Virus record (IMG/VR): IMGVR_UViG_3300033145_003233
Coordinates: 310,001-374,000 of that record
Direction: 5' to 3' (one strand)
Length of the DNA stretch: 64,000 nucleotides
Part shown: positions 19,897 through 30,131 of the stretch, one piece after another
How positions within the stretch are numbered: position 1 is the first letter of the stretch
How the letters are laid out: every line of letters begins with the position of its first letter
Notes under the pieces: generated by a model
Databases searched by the model: none
The model's input: the letters and a program-made list of their open reading frames with translations, nothing else
What the model was told of the DNA's origin: nothing
Program-made: the position numbers and the translations under genes

Positions 19897-20669
19897 AATC
19901 TTTGCTGTATCCCCCTTTTCAAAAATTCTCTACATTTTTCTTCCATAAAAACAGCGTCAGTCCCCACAGCTATCATCCGATAACCTTGAATAGTAGCTTC
20001 TTTAATTTTTTCCACAGTTGGCCTCACTACATGAATACCCATAGGTATATTATGCTCTTTAGACCTTTCTTGATAAAAAGATAAAATATTCTTATAATCT
20101 TTGCTTTCAAAATCGCCTGGCTTACCGAGAGAACCAGATAAATCATATGGGCCAATAAAAGTTCCATCAATCCCCTTAACACTCAAAATAAAATCTAAAT
20201 CTACCATCGCATCAACATGCTCAATCTGAAGAATAATAGAAATCTCATTATTGGCATTTCTCACGTAATTATCAAAATCGCTTCCGTACCAATTAGCACG
20301 ACTATAACCAAAACTTCTTCTTCCAAGAGGAGGATATAAAGCCTCTCCTACCGCCTGCTCAGCCTCACTATGATTTTTTATCATCGGTATAATTAAACCC
20401 TTGGCCCCGGCGTCCAAAACTCTGTGAATCCATATATAATCATTCTTAGGAATCCTAACTATAGGAGTTATATCAAACCTTTCAATAGTTCTTATAAGAT
20501 TAGTCATGGACTCCATACCAATAACCCCATGCTCCATATCTATACAAATCCATTTAAGATTATTATTACAATTATTGGCCATTATTTCAATAATAGCAGG
20601 ATGAGGTATTTGTATCCAAGCCCCAAAACAAGCCGAATTGTTTTTCAAAGAATCTTTTAATTTATTCAA
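19887..20669 (-). CDS. HpcH/HpaI class II pyruvate aldolase
   Basis: IDMEHG, LDAGAKG, YPPLGRRSFG, QIEH, FIGPYDLS. Confidence 0.9.
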   Translation of the reverse strand: MNKLKDSLKNNSACFGAWIQIPHPAIIEIMANNCNNNLKWICIDMEHGVIGMESMTNLIRTIERFDITPIVRIPKNDYIWIHRVLDAGAKGLIIPMIKNHSEAEQAVGEALYPPLGRRSFGYSRANWYGSDFDNYVRNANNEISIILQIEHVDAMVDLDFILSVKGIDGTFIGPYDLSGSLGKPGDFESKDYKNILSFYQERSKEHNIPMGIHVVRPTVEKIKEATIQGYRMIAVGTDAVFMEEKCREFLKRGIQQRLWT

Positions 20670-21615
20670 AATCTTCCTCCGTAACTAAATTTAATGGCTC
20701 TGCTCCATTTAAAACTCTAATACAATTTTGAGCTGCCCCCAGTTCCATCAAAAATCTAGAATTTCTATCTGAAGCTCCAATATGAGCAGTAAAAAGGACA
20801 TTATCATATTCTCTCAAACCACCATCATAAGGTTCATTTTCAAATACATCTAACGCTGCACCCCCTAAATGATGATTATAAATACAACTCTCTAAATCTT
20901 TCTCATTTAATATAGGACCTCTCGATGTATTAACGATATAAGATCCCTTTTTCATACTCGACATATCGTTGAGAGTTACAAAATGATAATTTTTTTCATT
21001 CAAAGGAATATGGATAGTAACCAAATCGCTTTTTTCAAACAACTCATTTTTATTTACCCACTTAATCCCATCTATACCAGCATTCGGTTTTATATCACAA
21101 GCATATATATTTTTAGGATTAAATGGTTTTAATCTTTCTATAACTCTACTACCTATTCTTCCTACTCCCAAGACACCTATTGATAAATCTCTTATAGATG
21201 CCCCAAGAATACGATTCCATCTCTTATCTCTTACCGATTTATCAGAAATAACAATGCCCCTAAACAAGTTTATTATTTGAGCAATAGCTAGATCTGCCAC
21301 AGAATCACAAGGAGCATTAGGGGTATAGGCAACTGTAATATTATTTTTCTGACAATACGGAAAATCTATACCATCTAAACCAGATCCCACTCTTGAAATA
21401 ACTTTCAATTCTTTGAAATCCTTAATAAATTCACCTGCATATGATTCCGTTCCAGCTATAACCCCATCTATGCCGTCCAATAAATCTCTCACTTCTCCCT
21501 TTTTTATTCTTCTCCCTAGTGAATTATAAGTTATATTCCATCCTGTTTCATTAAGAAGCTTAACTGGCAAATCTCCACATAAACCAAATGGATAAGTAGC
21601 TATAAATATATTCAT
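20662..21615 (-). CDS. D-isomer-specific 2-hydroxyacid dehydrogenase (PGDH-like)
   Basis: GVGRIG, HIPL, NTSRG, LDVFENEP, AHIG. Confidence 0.9.
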   Translation of the reverse strand: MNIFIATYPFGLCGDLPVKLLNETGWNITYNSLGRRIKKGEVRDLLDGIDGVIAGTESYAGEFIKDFKELKVISRVGSGLDGIDFPYCQKNNITVAYTPNAPCDSVADLAIAQIINLFRGIVISDKSVRDKRWNRILGASIRDLSIGVLGVGRIGSRVIERLKPFNPKNIYACDIKPNAGIDGIKWVNKNELFEKSDLVTIHIPLNEKNYHFVTLNDMSSMKKGSYIVNTSRGPILNEKDLESCIYNHHLGGAALDVFENEPYDGGLREYDNVLFTAHIGASDRNSRFLMELGAAQNCIRVLNGAEPLNLVTEEDFE

Positions 21616-22376
21616 ATAGATCTATCCTCTCCCTTTATAGTAGAGCGTTTTTTTATTATTTCCACAATCCTATTTCTATCTTCTGGAGTGTCCACACTAA
21701 TGCTATCATGCTCAGTATATCTCATATGTATCTCTATGTCATTTTCTATCAATCTGTTCAACCCTATGCCCTCCATATTTTCCAATGGTGATGATTTTAA
21801 ATAGCTATATAGTTTTAACATCTCCCCAGAAAATGCATATACTCCTATTTGTTTTATTATCTTAACATCATCATTCGTTCTTTTTGTTTTCTCATCATGA
21901 TATGGTATAGAATATCTAGAAAAATATAGCGCCTTTTGATTCCTTGACACCACAACTTTGACAGCATTGCTATCATACATATCGTAAGGATCATGCACCT
22001 CAGTATAAAAATTAACAATTGAAGGAGACAAATCCACATTTAATGTTTCGGTGTTGAATAAAGGCTCATCTCCCTGAATAACAATATACCTATCCGCAAA
22101 TGTCCCGCTATCTTCCAATCTTTCAACAACTTCTGCTGCCCTGTCTAGACAATCTGTATGACTATCCTTAGTCATTATAAAAGGAATAGAAAAATCCGTA
22201 CATTTTCTAGCTATGTCTGAACTATCAGTAGCAACAAAAACTTTGTCCCATTTATCCCAGACCATAACGGAATCATAGACACGTTTTATCATTGGCATCC
22301 CCAGGATATCACACAAAGGCTTACCTGGAAAACGAGAAGACTGATAACGAGCAGGTATAATACCTATATATTTCAT
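21612..22376 (-). CDS. kdsB: CMP-Kdo synthetase-like cytidylyltransferase
   Basis: IPARYQSSRFPGKPL, IQGDEP, ALYFSR, SVDTPED. Confidence 0.85.
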   Translation of the reverse strand: MKYIGIIPARYQSSRFPGKPLCDILGMPMIKRVYDSVMVWDKWDKVFVATDSSDIARKCTDFSIPFIMTKDSHTDCLDRAAEVVERLEDSGTFADRYIVIQGDEPLFNTETLNVDLSPSIVNFYTEVHDPYDMYDSNAVKVVVSRNQKALYFSRYSIPYHDEKTKRTNDDVKIIKQIGVYAFSGEMLKLYSYLKSSPLENMEGIGLNRLIENDIEIHMRYTEHDSISVDTPEDRNRIVEIIKKRSTIKGEDRSI

Positions 22377-22379
22377 TTT

Positions 22380-23060
22380 TTACTTTACCTCCTTTAATAT
22401 TCCATTAACATAAAAACTATCAAATTTAGTTGGTGTTATAATTTTAAAATCTATCCCATATTCCCATAAAGAAAACAAACATTCATCTACTAACCTATCC
22501 TTCTCTAGACATTCTTTCCAAGTCGCATCATCAGTATACCCGTCCCCATAACAATGATGATTTTCTTCTTCTTTATCTAATTGACCTTTTGGATGCAAAG
22601 TAAAACCATCCATACCAACCACATATATATTTTCTGCCCCCATCAAATGAGCTAACATAATAGCTAAAGCACCAGCTGTCCTAAAATGACCAGATATCTT
22701 CCCATCCTTATACCCAATACTCTCTTTTCTCGCCTTTAACAATCTAAATGTATAATCAACAACATAATAATCTCCATCATAATGACGTTTTATAAGCTTC
22801 TCTGGCATACCAATACCAAATAAAAATGAAGATTTCTTATCAACACATTGACCCAAATCTCGATATCTTTGTTTATTTGTCCATAAATGATAATCAGGAG
22901 TACACAATGAAGACATATAATTTATTCCTATAGTTTTTATATTTTTCTCAATTATTAAATTAAGTATCTCATCCTTATATTTTTTTATAGATGAACCACT
23001 ACCAATAACTATAATATCTTTACCTTTTTCTATGCCCTCACACTTTTTAAATTCTATCAT
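22380..23060 (-). CDS. Maf/MptE-like (GT42/GT29-related) transferase
   Basis: IVIGSGSSI, TIGIN, MGAENIYVVGMDGF. Confidence 0.7.
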   Translation of the reverse strand: MIEFKKCEGIEKGKDIIVIGSGSSIKKYKDEILNLIIEKNIKTIGINYMSSLCTPDYHLWTNKQRYRDLGQCVDKKSSFLFGIGMPEKLIKRHYDGDYYVVDYTFRLLKARKESIGYKDGKISGHFRTAGALAIMLAHLMGAENIYVVGMDGFTLHPKGQLDKEEENHHCYGDGYTDDATWKECLEKDRLVDECLFSLWEYGIDFKIITPTKFDSFYVNGILKEVK

Positions 23061-23806
23061 TATATATTACTTCTCCTGACAAATTTATAAAAACTTATAT
23101 CATATTTATTAATTTCCTTTAACAAATCTTGAATACTTTTATCTTCCCAAGGAAACTTAATAGAGCGTTTTGAAACCCTCTTCATTACTTCACCATATTT
23201 TCTAAGTCCATAATAGTCGCATAGTCTTATTTGATCCTTGTGCCCATTATCAACATATCCTACAAAATCTATTTTTTCTTTTATATTGTATTTAGCAACT
23301 TGTAACATTTCTTCCATATCTTTATCCGTATTGTGCTCTTTGCGAGCATTCCATCCAAACATACCATGATAACCAAAATCCTTATCTGCACTATATTTCC
23401 TTGTGGCTACAGATTTAACATTTTCTTTTTTCTCCAGCCCAGATATCTGTTTAACCATCAAATTACATGCTACTTCTTTTTCCAAGCACCAATTCATAAA
23501 TCTCTTTAAATCTCTTTTATTCCTATTAAACAATTCACTTCCCCAAGAATCCTCTGATTCTATCCCATGATAAAATTGAGATATCCACCTTTGCACTGGA
23601 TCTCTAAGAAAAGTAAAATAAGAAAATTCTTCAGTATCAAATTGTTTATGCACTCCATATGGGAAATGTCCAGATATAATATCTGGAACATGTCCTTTTT
23701 TTGCGAAATATTTAAACCAAAAACTAAATTTTTGATTTTTCAAAATATAATTAATAGAGCTTCCTGATGTTTTCTGTATATGTAGAAAGATAATCACTAG
23801 TTCCAC
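23060..23806 (-). CDS. Sulfotransferase family 2 protein
   Basis: FLHIQKTSGSSI (5'-PSB) and FLRDPVQRWISQFYH (3'-PB). Confidence 0.85.
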   Translation of the reverse strand: MELVIIFLHIQKTSGSSINYILKNQKFSFWFKYFAKKGHVPDIISGHFPYGVHKQFDTEEFSYFTFLRDPVQRWISQFYHGIESEDSWGSELFNRNKRDLKRFMNWCLEKEVACNLMVKQISGLEKKENVKSVATRKYSADKDFGYHGMFGWNARKEHNTDKDMEEMLQVAKYNIKEKIDFVGYVDNGHKDQIRLCDYYGLRKYGEVMKRVSKRSIKFPWEDKSIQDLLKEINKYDISFYKFVRRSNI

Positions 23807-24459
23807 CTTCCGGTTAGGGTAAGGTGTCTCTCGTCTCTATGAATATCCATTTTTCTATTTTTAGCAAAATATTCCTTGTTAAAATCAGTTCTTTCCGTGT
23901 CCATGCCAGTTAAAAATTTTTGTTCTATAACTCCATATTTAGAAATTAAATTCATTAATTTAAAAATATTAAAAGGGGTACTATAATATTTTTTCTTACG
24001 AATATACTTTGATTCCAAATCACCATTCTTCCCCATCCTCCACATAAACAAATTAAAATAAAATTCCTTACTCACTCTAGAAACCTCTTTAATCGTCTTG
24101 CAAATATTAGGAGAATGCTCTATAACAGAACTCATATATATTATATCAAAAGATTTTTCTTTAAAAGGAAGCTCAACCATGTCCGCTTTATAAACCTTAA
24201 CATCCTTAACTTCTCTCGCCATATCTAGAAAAAAATCTGATATGTTAGCTGTACTATATGATATATAAGGAGCTTTTTCTAGGATAAGACAAGCCTCCCT
24301 CATTTCTCCCCCGCCTACTTCTAATATATTTTTTATATCCTTTCTCCTTATAATATAATTAACATATTCTTCCCTACAGGGATGATACCTATTTGTATTA
24401 ATCCATTTTACCTTACCAACCTTATAGTTGTTCCATTTTGTTGTATATTCATGTTCCAT
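23797..24459 (-). CDS. Class I SAM methyltransferase (type 11)
   Basis: ILEVGGG, LPFKEKSFD, VIEH. Confidence 0.8.
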   Translation of the reverse strand: MEHEYTTKWNNYKVGKVKWINTNRYHPCREEYVNYIIRRKDIKNILEVGGGEMREACLILEKAPYISYSTANISDFFLDMAREVKDVKVYKADMVELPFKEKSFDIIYMSSVIEHSPNICKTIKEVSRVSKEFYFNLFMWRMGKNGDLESKYIRKKKYYSTPFNIFKLMNLISKYGVIEQKFLTGMDTERTDFNKEYFAKNRKMDIHRDERHLTLTGRWN

Positions 24460-24470
24460 AATTTTATTTC

Positions 24471-25004
24471 CTATAAGCTCTTATATCTTTCGTGTACCTT
24501 GCCATAACACTGATTAGTACCTGGCATCTCATCTTCAGCCAAAATAACCCTAACACGATCAATTCCCAATGCTAATAATGCCCCTATCCTATGATGTCCC
24601 ATAAATACCTCAGGAGATTTAATAGAAATATTCTTAACATTGTACCTTGAAACCACCAATGGGATATCCAACAAAACTATATAATTATTATTATATCCAT
24701 TTCTTAAATACCCCTCCTTAATAGAATCTAACAAGTGAATCTTTCTCATAGAAAGATATTTTTTACCATTTACGATACAACTAGCAATATGATATTTCGT
24801 ATTCTCATAATTTTCTTCCATCCATTTAAGACCCCGGCTATAATACAAAGAAGCGAACTCATAGTGAGGAGAATTTAACATTGATCTATCTATAACCCCA
24901 TCCGAATTTCTTAATATCTCTTCCATATCTGGAAAATATTGCATATAGGTTTTTTTTAAATCAACTTTGCTAATATTCTTACTTCTTAACCCATATCTTT
25001 TCAT
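24471..25004 (-). CDS. ParB/Srx-fold protein
   Basis: LLDSIKEGY...EVFMGHHRIGAL. Confidence 0.6.
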   Translation of the reverse strand: MKRYGLRSKNISKVDLKKTYMQYFPDMEEILRNSDGVIDRSMLNSPHYEFASLYYSRGLKWMEENYENTKYHIASCIVNGKKYLSMRKIHLLDSIKEGYLRNGYNNNYIVLLDIPLVVSRYNVKNISIKSPEVFMGHHRIGALLALGIDRVRVILAEDEMPGTNQCYGKVHERYKSL

Positions 25005-25027
25005 ATAATTAAGTGAGTCTCTTTTTG

Positions 25028-25666
25028 CTATGATATTCTCCTTTCCCCAATAACAATAGGTTTTTGATAGTTATTCCATCTGTAAACCCTGTATATAGAA
25101 TAGGAATGTTTTTCTAATATTTCTTTCATCCCCTCTACCCCAGCTTCTTTCTGGTTCTTTTTTACAACCCTTGGGATATTACCTTGTAATACTATAAAGC
25201 GATGATTGGGAATATTCTTAATTAAATTACTAAAAACTTTTTCCTGATAAGGCCTCAAATGATACAAAACGCAAAACATCGTTACTATATTAATGGCATT
25301 AGATTCAATAATCTCCTCAGTGATATTTAATCTCTTAATTTTCGGTTTCCACTTTTTACCCCTATTCTCAATCATAAATTTTTTATAGAATTCTATATGA
25401 TCCGTATTCATATCTATTGCCAAAACATCTGCCCCCATCCTTGTCATCTCATGATCATACAATCCCATATTACATCCTATATCTAGGACAGACGGACGAT
25501 CAAAAAGAGAAAACAACTCATTCATAACTGGCTTAATCCTATTCCAGTTATATACTCCCAGCGCCTCATCTCTTTTCTTTTTAGCATTAACCTCGACACC
25601 ATCAAAATTATAATAATAGTACCAGTGTTTATCTTTTATAAAAGCTTCTATTTCTTTTTTATTCAT
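25028..25666 (-). CDS. Class I SAM methyltransferase (CmoB/DUF1698-like)
   Basis: VLDIGCNMG, VLAID, VLYHL. Confidence 0.85.
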   Translation of the reverse strand: MNKKEIEAFIKDKHWYYYYNFDGVEVNAKKKRDEALGVYNWNRIKPVMNELFSLFDRPSVLDIGCNMGLYDHEMTRMGADVLAIDMNTDHIEFYKKFMIENRGKKWKPKIKRLNITEEIIESNAINIVTMFCVLYHLRPYQEKVFSNLIKNIPNHRFIVLQGNIPRVVKKNQKEAGVEGMKEILEKHSYSIYRVYRWNNYQKPIVIGERRIS

Positions 25667-26469
25667 AATTCCAATTCTACAATTTTTTTCCTGAATTTCT
25701 CCTTCTCATTATCCTTACCAAAATAATGATCAAAATAATCCTTATGCTCTGGACAAAAGAAACGAGAGCCACCGCTCCAGTCTATGTCTAAAATATTAAT
25801 AGCTGCATTCATAGGTTTTTGATCTCCACCACCTTCATGAGATCCAAATCTAGTAGAATTATGCACACAGCATTCATACGTTAACTTAAGTACCTTTTCA
25901 TGATCCCTAGGGTGTAATAAATACAAGCCAGCAACCGCTTCTCTATCTGGTATTTTTTTACATCCATATTTCACCATAAGATGTGCCTGTGGCTCACTAC
26001 ACCATTCTTTAAGAGAATTAACATCCGTAACATCTATTTGAGACTTGGAATATTTAGACCTAGATTCTAAATCTTTTCCATGGTGGAACCACGTCTTGCT
26101 ACATTTGGTTTCAAAAAATTCTGCTGGATTTTTATACCACAGAACATCACCATCAAAATAAATCATATATTTATTTTCAACAGGTTTGGGAAAAGCCTTA
26201 TATAAAGAAGCTATCTTAAACAAAGAATATTTTCTTTTTCCCTTAGAATACTTCCAAACCACTTTGCTCAAATCCTCATTAATAAGATATATATTTTCCA
26301 ATTCTGGTAACATTCTTTTAATGCATTTTTTATCATCTTTATTATTTACTGCAAGATGAATATCTGACACCCCAACCCCAGCCTTAATCAAAGACTTAAT
26401 AGAATATTTAGTATAATTATTTAAGAAGAGCCTGCCAGAACCAGCTGTAACATAATAAAATTTACCCAT
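25663..26469 (-). CDS. GT-A fold glycosyltransferase (GT8-like)
   Basis: IYFDGDVLW DxD motif; GDQ..MN; HYFG. Confidence 0.7.
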   Translation of the reverse strand: MGKFYYVTAGSGRLFLNNYTKYSIKSLIKAGVGVSDIHLAVNNKDDKKCIKRMLPELENIYLINEDLSKVVWKYSKGKRKYSLFKIASLYKAFPKPVENKYMIYFDGDVLWYKNPAEFFETKCSKTWFHHGKDLESRSKYSKSQIDVTDVNSLKEWCSEPQAHLMVKYGCKKIPDREAVAGLYLLHPRDHEKVLKLTYECCVHNSTRFGSHEGGGDQKPMNAAINILDIDWSGGSRFFCPEHKDYFDHYFGKDNEKEKFRKKIVELEL

Positions 26470-26477
26470 TATTTACC

Positions 26478-27365
26478 CTATATTTTAATAACTATTTTTT
26501 CAGAACCATGCTTACCCATAGTAGAAGGAGTCCATCCATCAGGAATACACAAGTCCTCTATAAAAGAAAATCTTTTCTTATCTTGGTTTCTTCTTATTTT
26601 TTCTATTTTACCTTGCGGCAATATTTTCAAATAATGCTTATTAGGTGGAGGGAAATATTTACCAAATCGCTCATGCCCTCTCACATAAGCACAATCAAAT
26701 ATCATCCCAGCATTAGCCATATAACAAACTGCTCTTTTATATCCATATTTCGAACATCTCTTACCGAACCATAACTCACCATTCATCTTTCCAACATATC
26801 TATCTTTGCCGTGTCCCCAGCTAATTGCCTTAGAAGGATATGCTCCAACCTTATTATAAACAGAAACTCTAGTAAATCCATTATCACAAGGGTTCTTGTC
26901 CATCATAATGGCATAATTAAATTTAGAATTTATATTCTTTAATTTACCATGCCTATCTTTCTTCCTCTTCCACATTAAATTAGTATTTATTTGAACTACA
27001 TTATCATTTGAATTAAAAATGTTAATTACATCATCTAATAAATCATCATTCCTATATAAAAATTGAAAATCATCTTGAATCAGATTAACTATATCATATT
27101 TACATTTTTTAGCATATTCTATCGTCCAGTTCATAGCTCTATATAATTCGTTTCTTGTTCTGTCCTCAAATCTTTTTACAGTTATATTTTTATTATTTGC
27201 TATATTATTAAGATACTCTTCATACCCGTCCTCTATAGAACAATTGTCACAAATAAGAACATCTATCCTATCAAGATCATGACATTCTAAAATAGATTCT
27301 ATACAATTCTTAAGATAATAAAATCTATTACACGTAAAAATAGCAAATAATATTTTTTTATTCAA
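26478..27365 (-). CDS. GT2 glycosyltransferase
   Basis: TCNR, ICDNCS, IQDD. Confidence 0.8.
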   Translation of the reverse strand: MNKKILFAIFTCNRFYYLKNCIESILECHDLDRIDVLICDNCSIEDGYEEYLNNIANNKNITVKRFEDRTRNELYRAMNWTIEYAKKCKYDIVNLIQDDFQFLYRNDDLLDDVINIFNSNDNVVQINTNLMWKRKKDRHGKLKNINSKFNYAIMMDKNPCDNGFTRVSVYNKVGAYPSKAISWGHGKDRYVGKMNGELWFGKRCSKYGYKRAVCYMANAGMIFDCAYVRGHERFGKYFPPPNKHYLKILPQGKIEKIRRNQDKKRFSFIEDLCIPDGWTPSTMGKHGSEKIVIKI

Positions 27366-28036
27366 TTATTCTTTTCCCCAATCTAAATCCTTATTTTTGA
27401 AAAGCACATCTCCATAATGACGAAAACTTCCATCAGCATTATAATAAGCAAAAATATTTACTACCTCAAAACAAGGGGCAACTAATTCTATTAATTCAGG
27501 CAAAAGAGCCATACCCTCGTACATCTCTTTTTCATTATATTCGCAATAAAGATATCTTGTATTTTTTAATGTCTCTTTAGCTCCATTTATCATGTCCCTT
27601 TCTGAACCTTCTACATCAGACCATATAAAATCTATAACTTCTAATCCGGATTCTTTATACCAAGTGTCTAATCTAATTGTTTTAACCTTTATAGGAGAAC
27701 TATTATATTTTCTCGGTTGTAAACAAGTTGGTTTTCTCAGAGATGAAGAATCCTTATGAGATACATCCAAATAAAAATCTGCTTCCCGTCCCTATCAGAT
27801 ACTGCCATATTATAAAAAGTGCAAGAAGAGAATAGCGGACCCATCCTTTTTCTTAAACGTTTAAAAAGACCATGATGAGGTTCAAATCCAAAAACATGAG
27901 CATCTGGAGAATATTTAAAAAAACTAGCAATTTCTTTGCCCTTATTTACTCCTATATCTAGTATGATTTTTGATCTGGCTATAATAGGAAAAATTATAAA
28001 CTTCGCCCTATCTACATCAATTTTTTTTTCGTTCAT
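27366..28036 (-). pseudogene. FkbM-family methyltransferase split by a one-base frameshift
   Basis: N-half has ILDIGVNKG...GFEP; C-half has SSSL...DFIWSDVEGSE. One extra T in the T5 run (A5 on the plus strand, 27773-27777) restores KQIFYLDVSHK. Confidence 0.75.
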
Positions 28037-28037
28037 T

Positions 28038-28724
28038 TTATAATCTACCCATATGGTTATAAAAATTAGTTTTATATTTCTTATTCAACTTTCTTAAGAA
28101 ACCTCTCCTCAACTCATATTGTTGTTCCAACGTCATTTTGAAATTGCCCATGTGCTTTCTTAGCCATTTTTCTTTGCTCTTAAAATTATCTCCAGTAGCT
28201 TCTCCTCTCATACTCCAGTATTCGAGATGTTCAGAAATAGTAGAACAAGCATGTATGGCTAATAAATCATCGGTATAAACAACTTTAAACCCTAAATTTT
28301 TAGAATCTTTAGTAAAAGGTTTATCTATTTTACCAAGATGATCTATTCTAAAACCTATTTTTTTAGCATTTTTAAGATTATAAACCTTAATCCCCTTACA
28401 CCTTTTATTGCTCCATGGCTCCCATAATCTCCAACCTCTTAACGATACTTTAGACGACAATCCAGAAACACAATTATACATAAATTTTAAAGCATATGGA
28501 TTAAGCATCATGTCATCATCTACTCTTAAAAAAAAATTAGATCCACAATCTTTTAATATTTTTTCATGAGCAGAAAGCCAGTCCATATTTTCATGGACTC
28601 TTAAATTAAAATTAATGCCCTTCTGTTCCTCCACTGATTTCATACAATAGGGAAAAGTAGATCTTCCATTAGTTATAATGAAGACATCTATTATTCCATT
28701 TAAATCTATCAAATGTCTATTCAC
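28038..28724 (-). CDS. GT2-like glycosyltransferase
   Basis: FLRVDDDMML DxD motif. Confidence 0.65.
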   Translation of the reverse strand: MNRHLIDLNGIIDVFIITNGRSTFPYCMKSVEEQKGINFNLRVHENMDWLSAHEKILKDCGSNFFLRVDDDMMLNPYALKFMYNCVSGLSSKVSLRGWRLWEPWSNKRCKGIKVYNLKNAKKIGFRIDHLGKIDKPFTKDSKNLGFKVVYTDDLLAIHACSTISEHLEYWSMRGEATGDNFKSKEKWLRKHMGNFKMTLEQQYELRRGFLRKLNKKYKTNFYNHMGRL

Positions 28725-29631
28725 CTTTTAAAAATTTAATCCAATACCCTATTTTTTTACTCCAACAATGATACTCAACTACATCTTTTCTAATATTCTT
28801 ACTCATAAAACTTCTAAAATCATTATCCTTCATTATCTCTATTTTCTCGGCTATATCTTTTACATTTCTCTCGACAAACAACCCGTTTATACTATGTTTT
28901 ATTAGTTCCATACATCCTGTTATCCTCGTAGAGATAATAGGTATTCCACAAGAAGCAGCCTCGAGAACACTCAGAGAAAATCCTTCAGATGAAGAAGCAC
29001 ATATATAAGCATCTAATGTATTGTAAAAATTAGGCATCTCCTCCAGAGGAATATAAGTGTTGGTTCCCCTCATCGCTAATTTTGTTTTAACTTGAGCTTT
29101 CTGAGCAGCAGGAATAATGAACTCCGATATCCCTTTCCTCCAGTCATGTGTCTTTGTCCCTGAATAACCTACAGTAAAATCACCAGTCATGGTATCATTG
29201 GAAGGCACAAACAACGTAGTGTCAACTCCATTAGGAGTATAGTAAAGTTTTTTTAATCCTGCCTCTTTAAATAAATCATATAAATATTTAGAAACAGCAC
29301 CAACTCTTAAGAAAGTATTCAAAAGATTCACCAATTCTGTGGATGGAGTAACTATATCTGTTGGGCTAGTTTTTTTGCCGTCCCATGAATGACAAGAGTG
29401 TATCCCTACTATAGTTTTTTCTTTAGGTAAAAAATTTATTCTATCATATGTTTTAAAACCCATAACATAAAACAAATCATATTTACTATATATTTTTCTT
29501 ATATTCTTTTCATTACCCTTAATGGGATGGATATCAAGATTAAGTTTGCTATCATAATTAAATTTTAACAAATTCTTGGCGATGGTGTCAAAAGCCCAGT
29601 TAGGCTTATCTGTGAGAATGAGAACTCTCAA
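28717..29631 (-). CDS. GT4 glycosyltransferase
   Basis: PNGVD, EGFSLSVLEAASCG (EX7E). Confidence 0.9.
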   Translation of the reverse strand: MRVLILTDKPNWAFDTIAKNLLKFNYDSKLNLDIHPIKGNEKNIRKIYSKYDLFYVMGFKTYDRINFLPKEKTIVGIHSCHSWDGKKTSPTDIVTPSTELVNLLNTFLRVGAVSKYLYDLFKEAGLKKLYYTPNGVDTTLFVPSNDTMTGDFTVGYSGTKTHDWRKGISEFIIPAAQKAQVKTKLAMRGTNTYIPLEEMPNFYNTLDAYICASSSEGFSLSVLEAASCGIPIISTRITGCMELIKHSINGLFVERNVKDIAEKIEIMKDNDFRSFMSKNIRKDVVEYHCWSKKIGYWIKFLKGE

Positions 29632-29639
29632 ATTTTCCC

Positions 29640-30131
29640 CTATAAATTATAAGTTTTCAACCTGTAATCTAAATTAGCTTTTCTTATCCTTTTAGATTCT
29701 TTTTCTGAAAAAAGCTTTTCATATATAAATAGATTAACTTCGGTTTCAAGAATATTTAAATGTAATAAAATAGATAATCTATGAGATCCATCTATCCTAC
29801 ACCCATCGTCTGTAATAATAATTGAAGAGCCATTGTCAAAAGACTTATAACCATATCTTCTTATATCTTCATATCGCTTTTTGTAGTAACTTATTTTAGA
29901 AATAACTGCATTCTCCGGTTTCTTACCCTTATAATAATTCCAATACTCACTTTGTTCAAAATTAGATACATGTCCATCAAACAGGTATAATAATTCTCTA
30001 TGACGACTGCACTCATAACAGAAATCTGAGATATTAGCTTTGACAAGATTAGGATGTTTCTTAGCAAATTTGAAAGCTTTTTTCTGCCATGGAGATGAGG
30101 GCAGTCCTATTACCGGAGTTTTTATATTCAT
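29640..30131 (-). CDS. ParB/Srx-fold protein
   Basis: DIRRYGY...RIDGSHRLSIL; close paralog of 31604-32140. Confidence 0.65.
   Translation of the reverse strand: MNIKTPVIGLPSSPWQKKAFKFAKKHPNLVKANISDFCYECSRHRELLYLFDGHVSNFEQSEYWNYYKGKKPENAVISKISYYKKRYEDIRRYGYKSFDNGSSIIITDDGCRIDGSHRLSILLHLNILETEVNLFIYEKLFSEKESKRIRKANLDYRLKTYNL

Noticed and set aside
21612-22376. Lipid A-Kdo (LPS core) biosynthesis
   Set aside because: No kdsA, kdsD, waaA or lpx genes; the context points to another keto acid.
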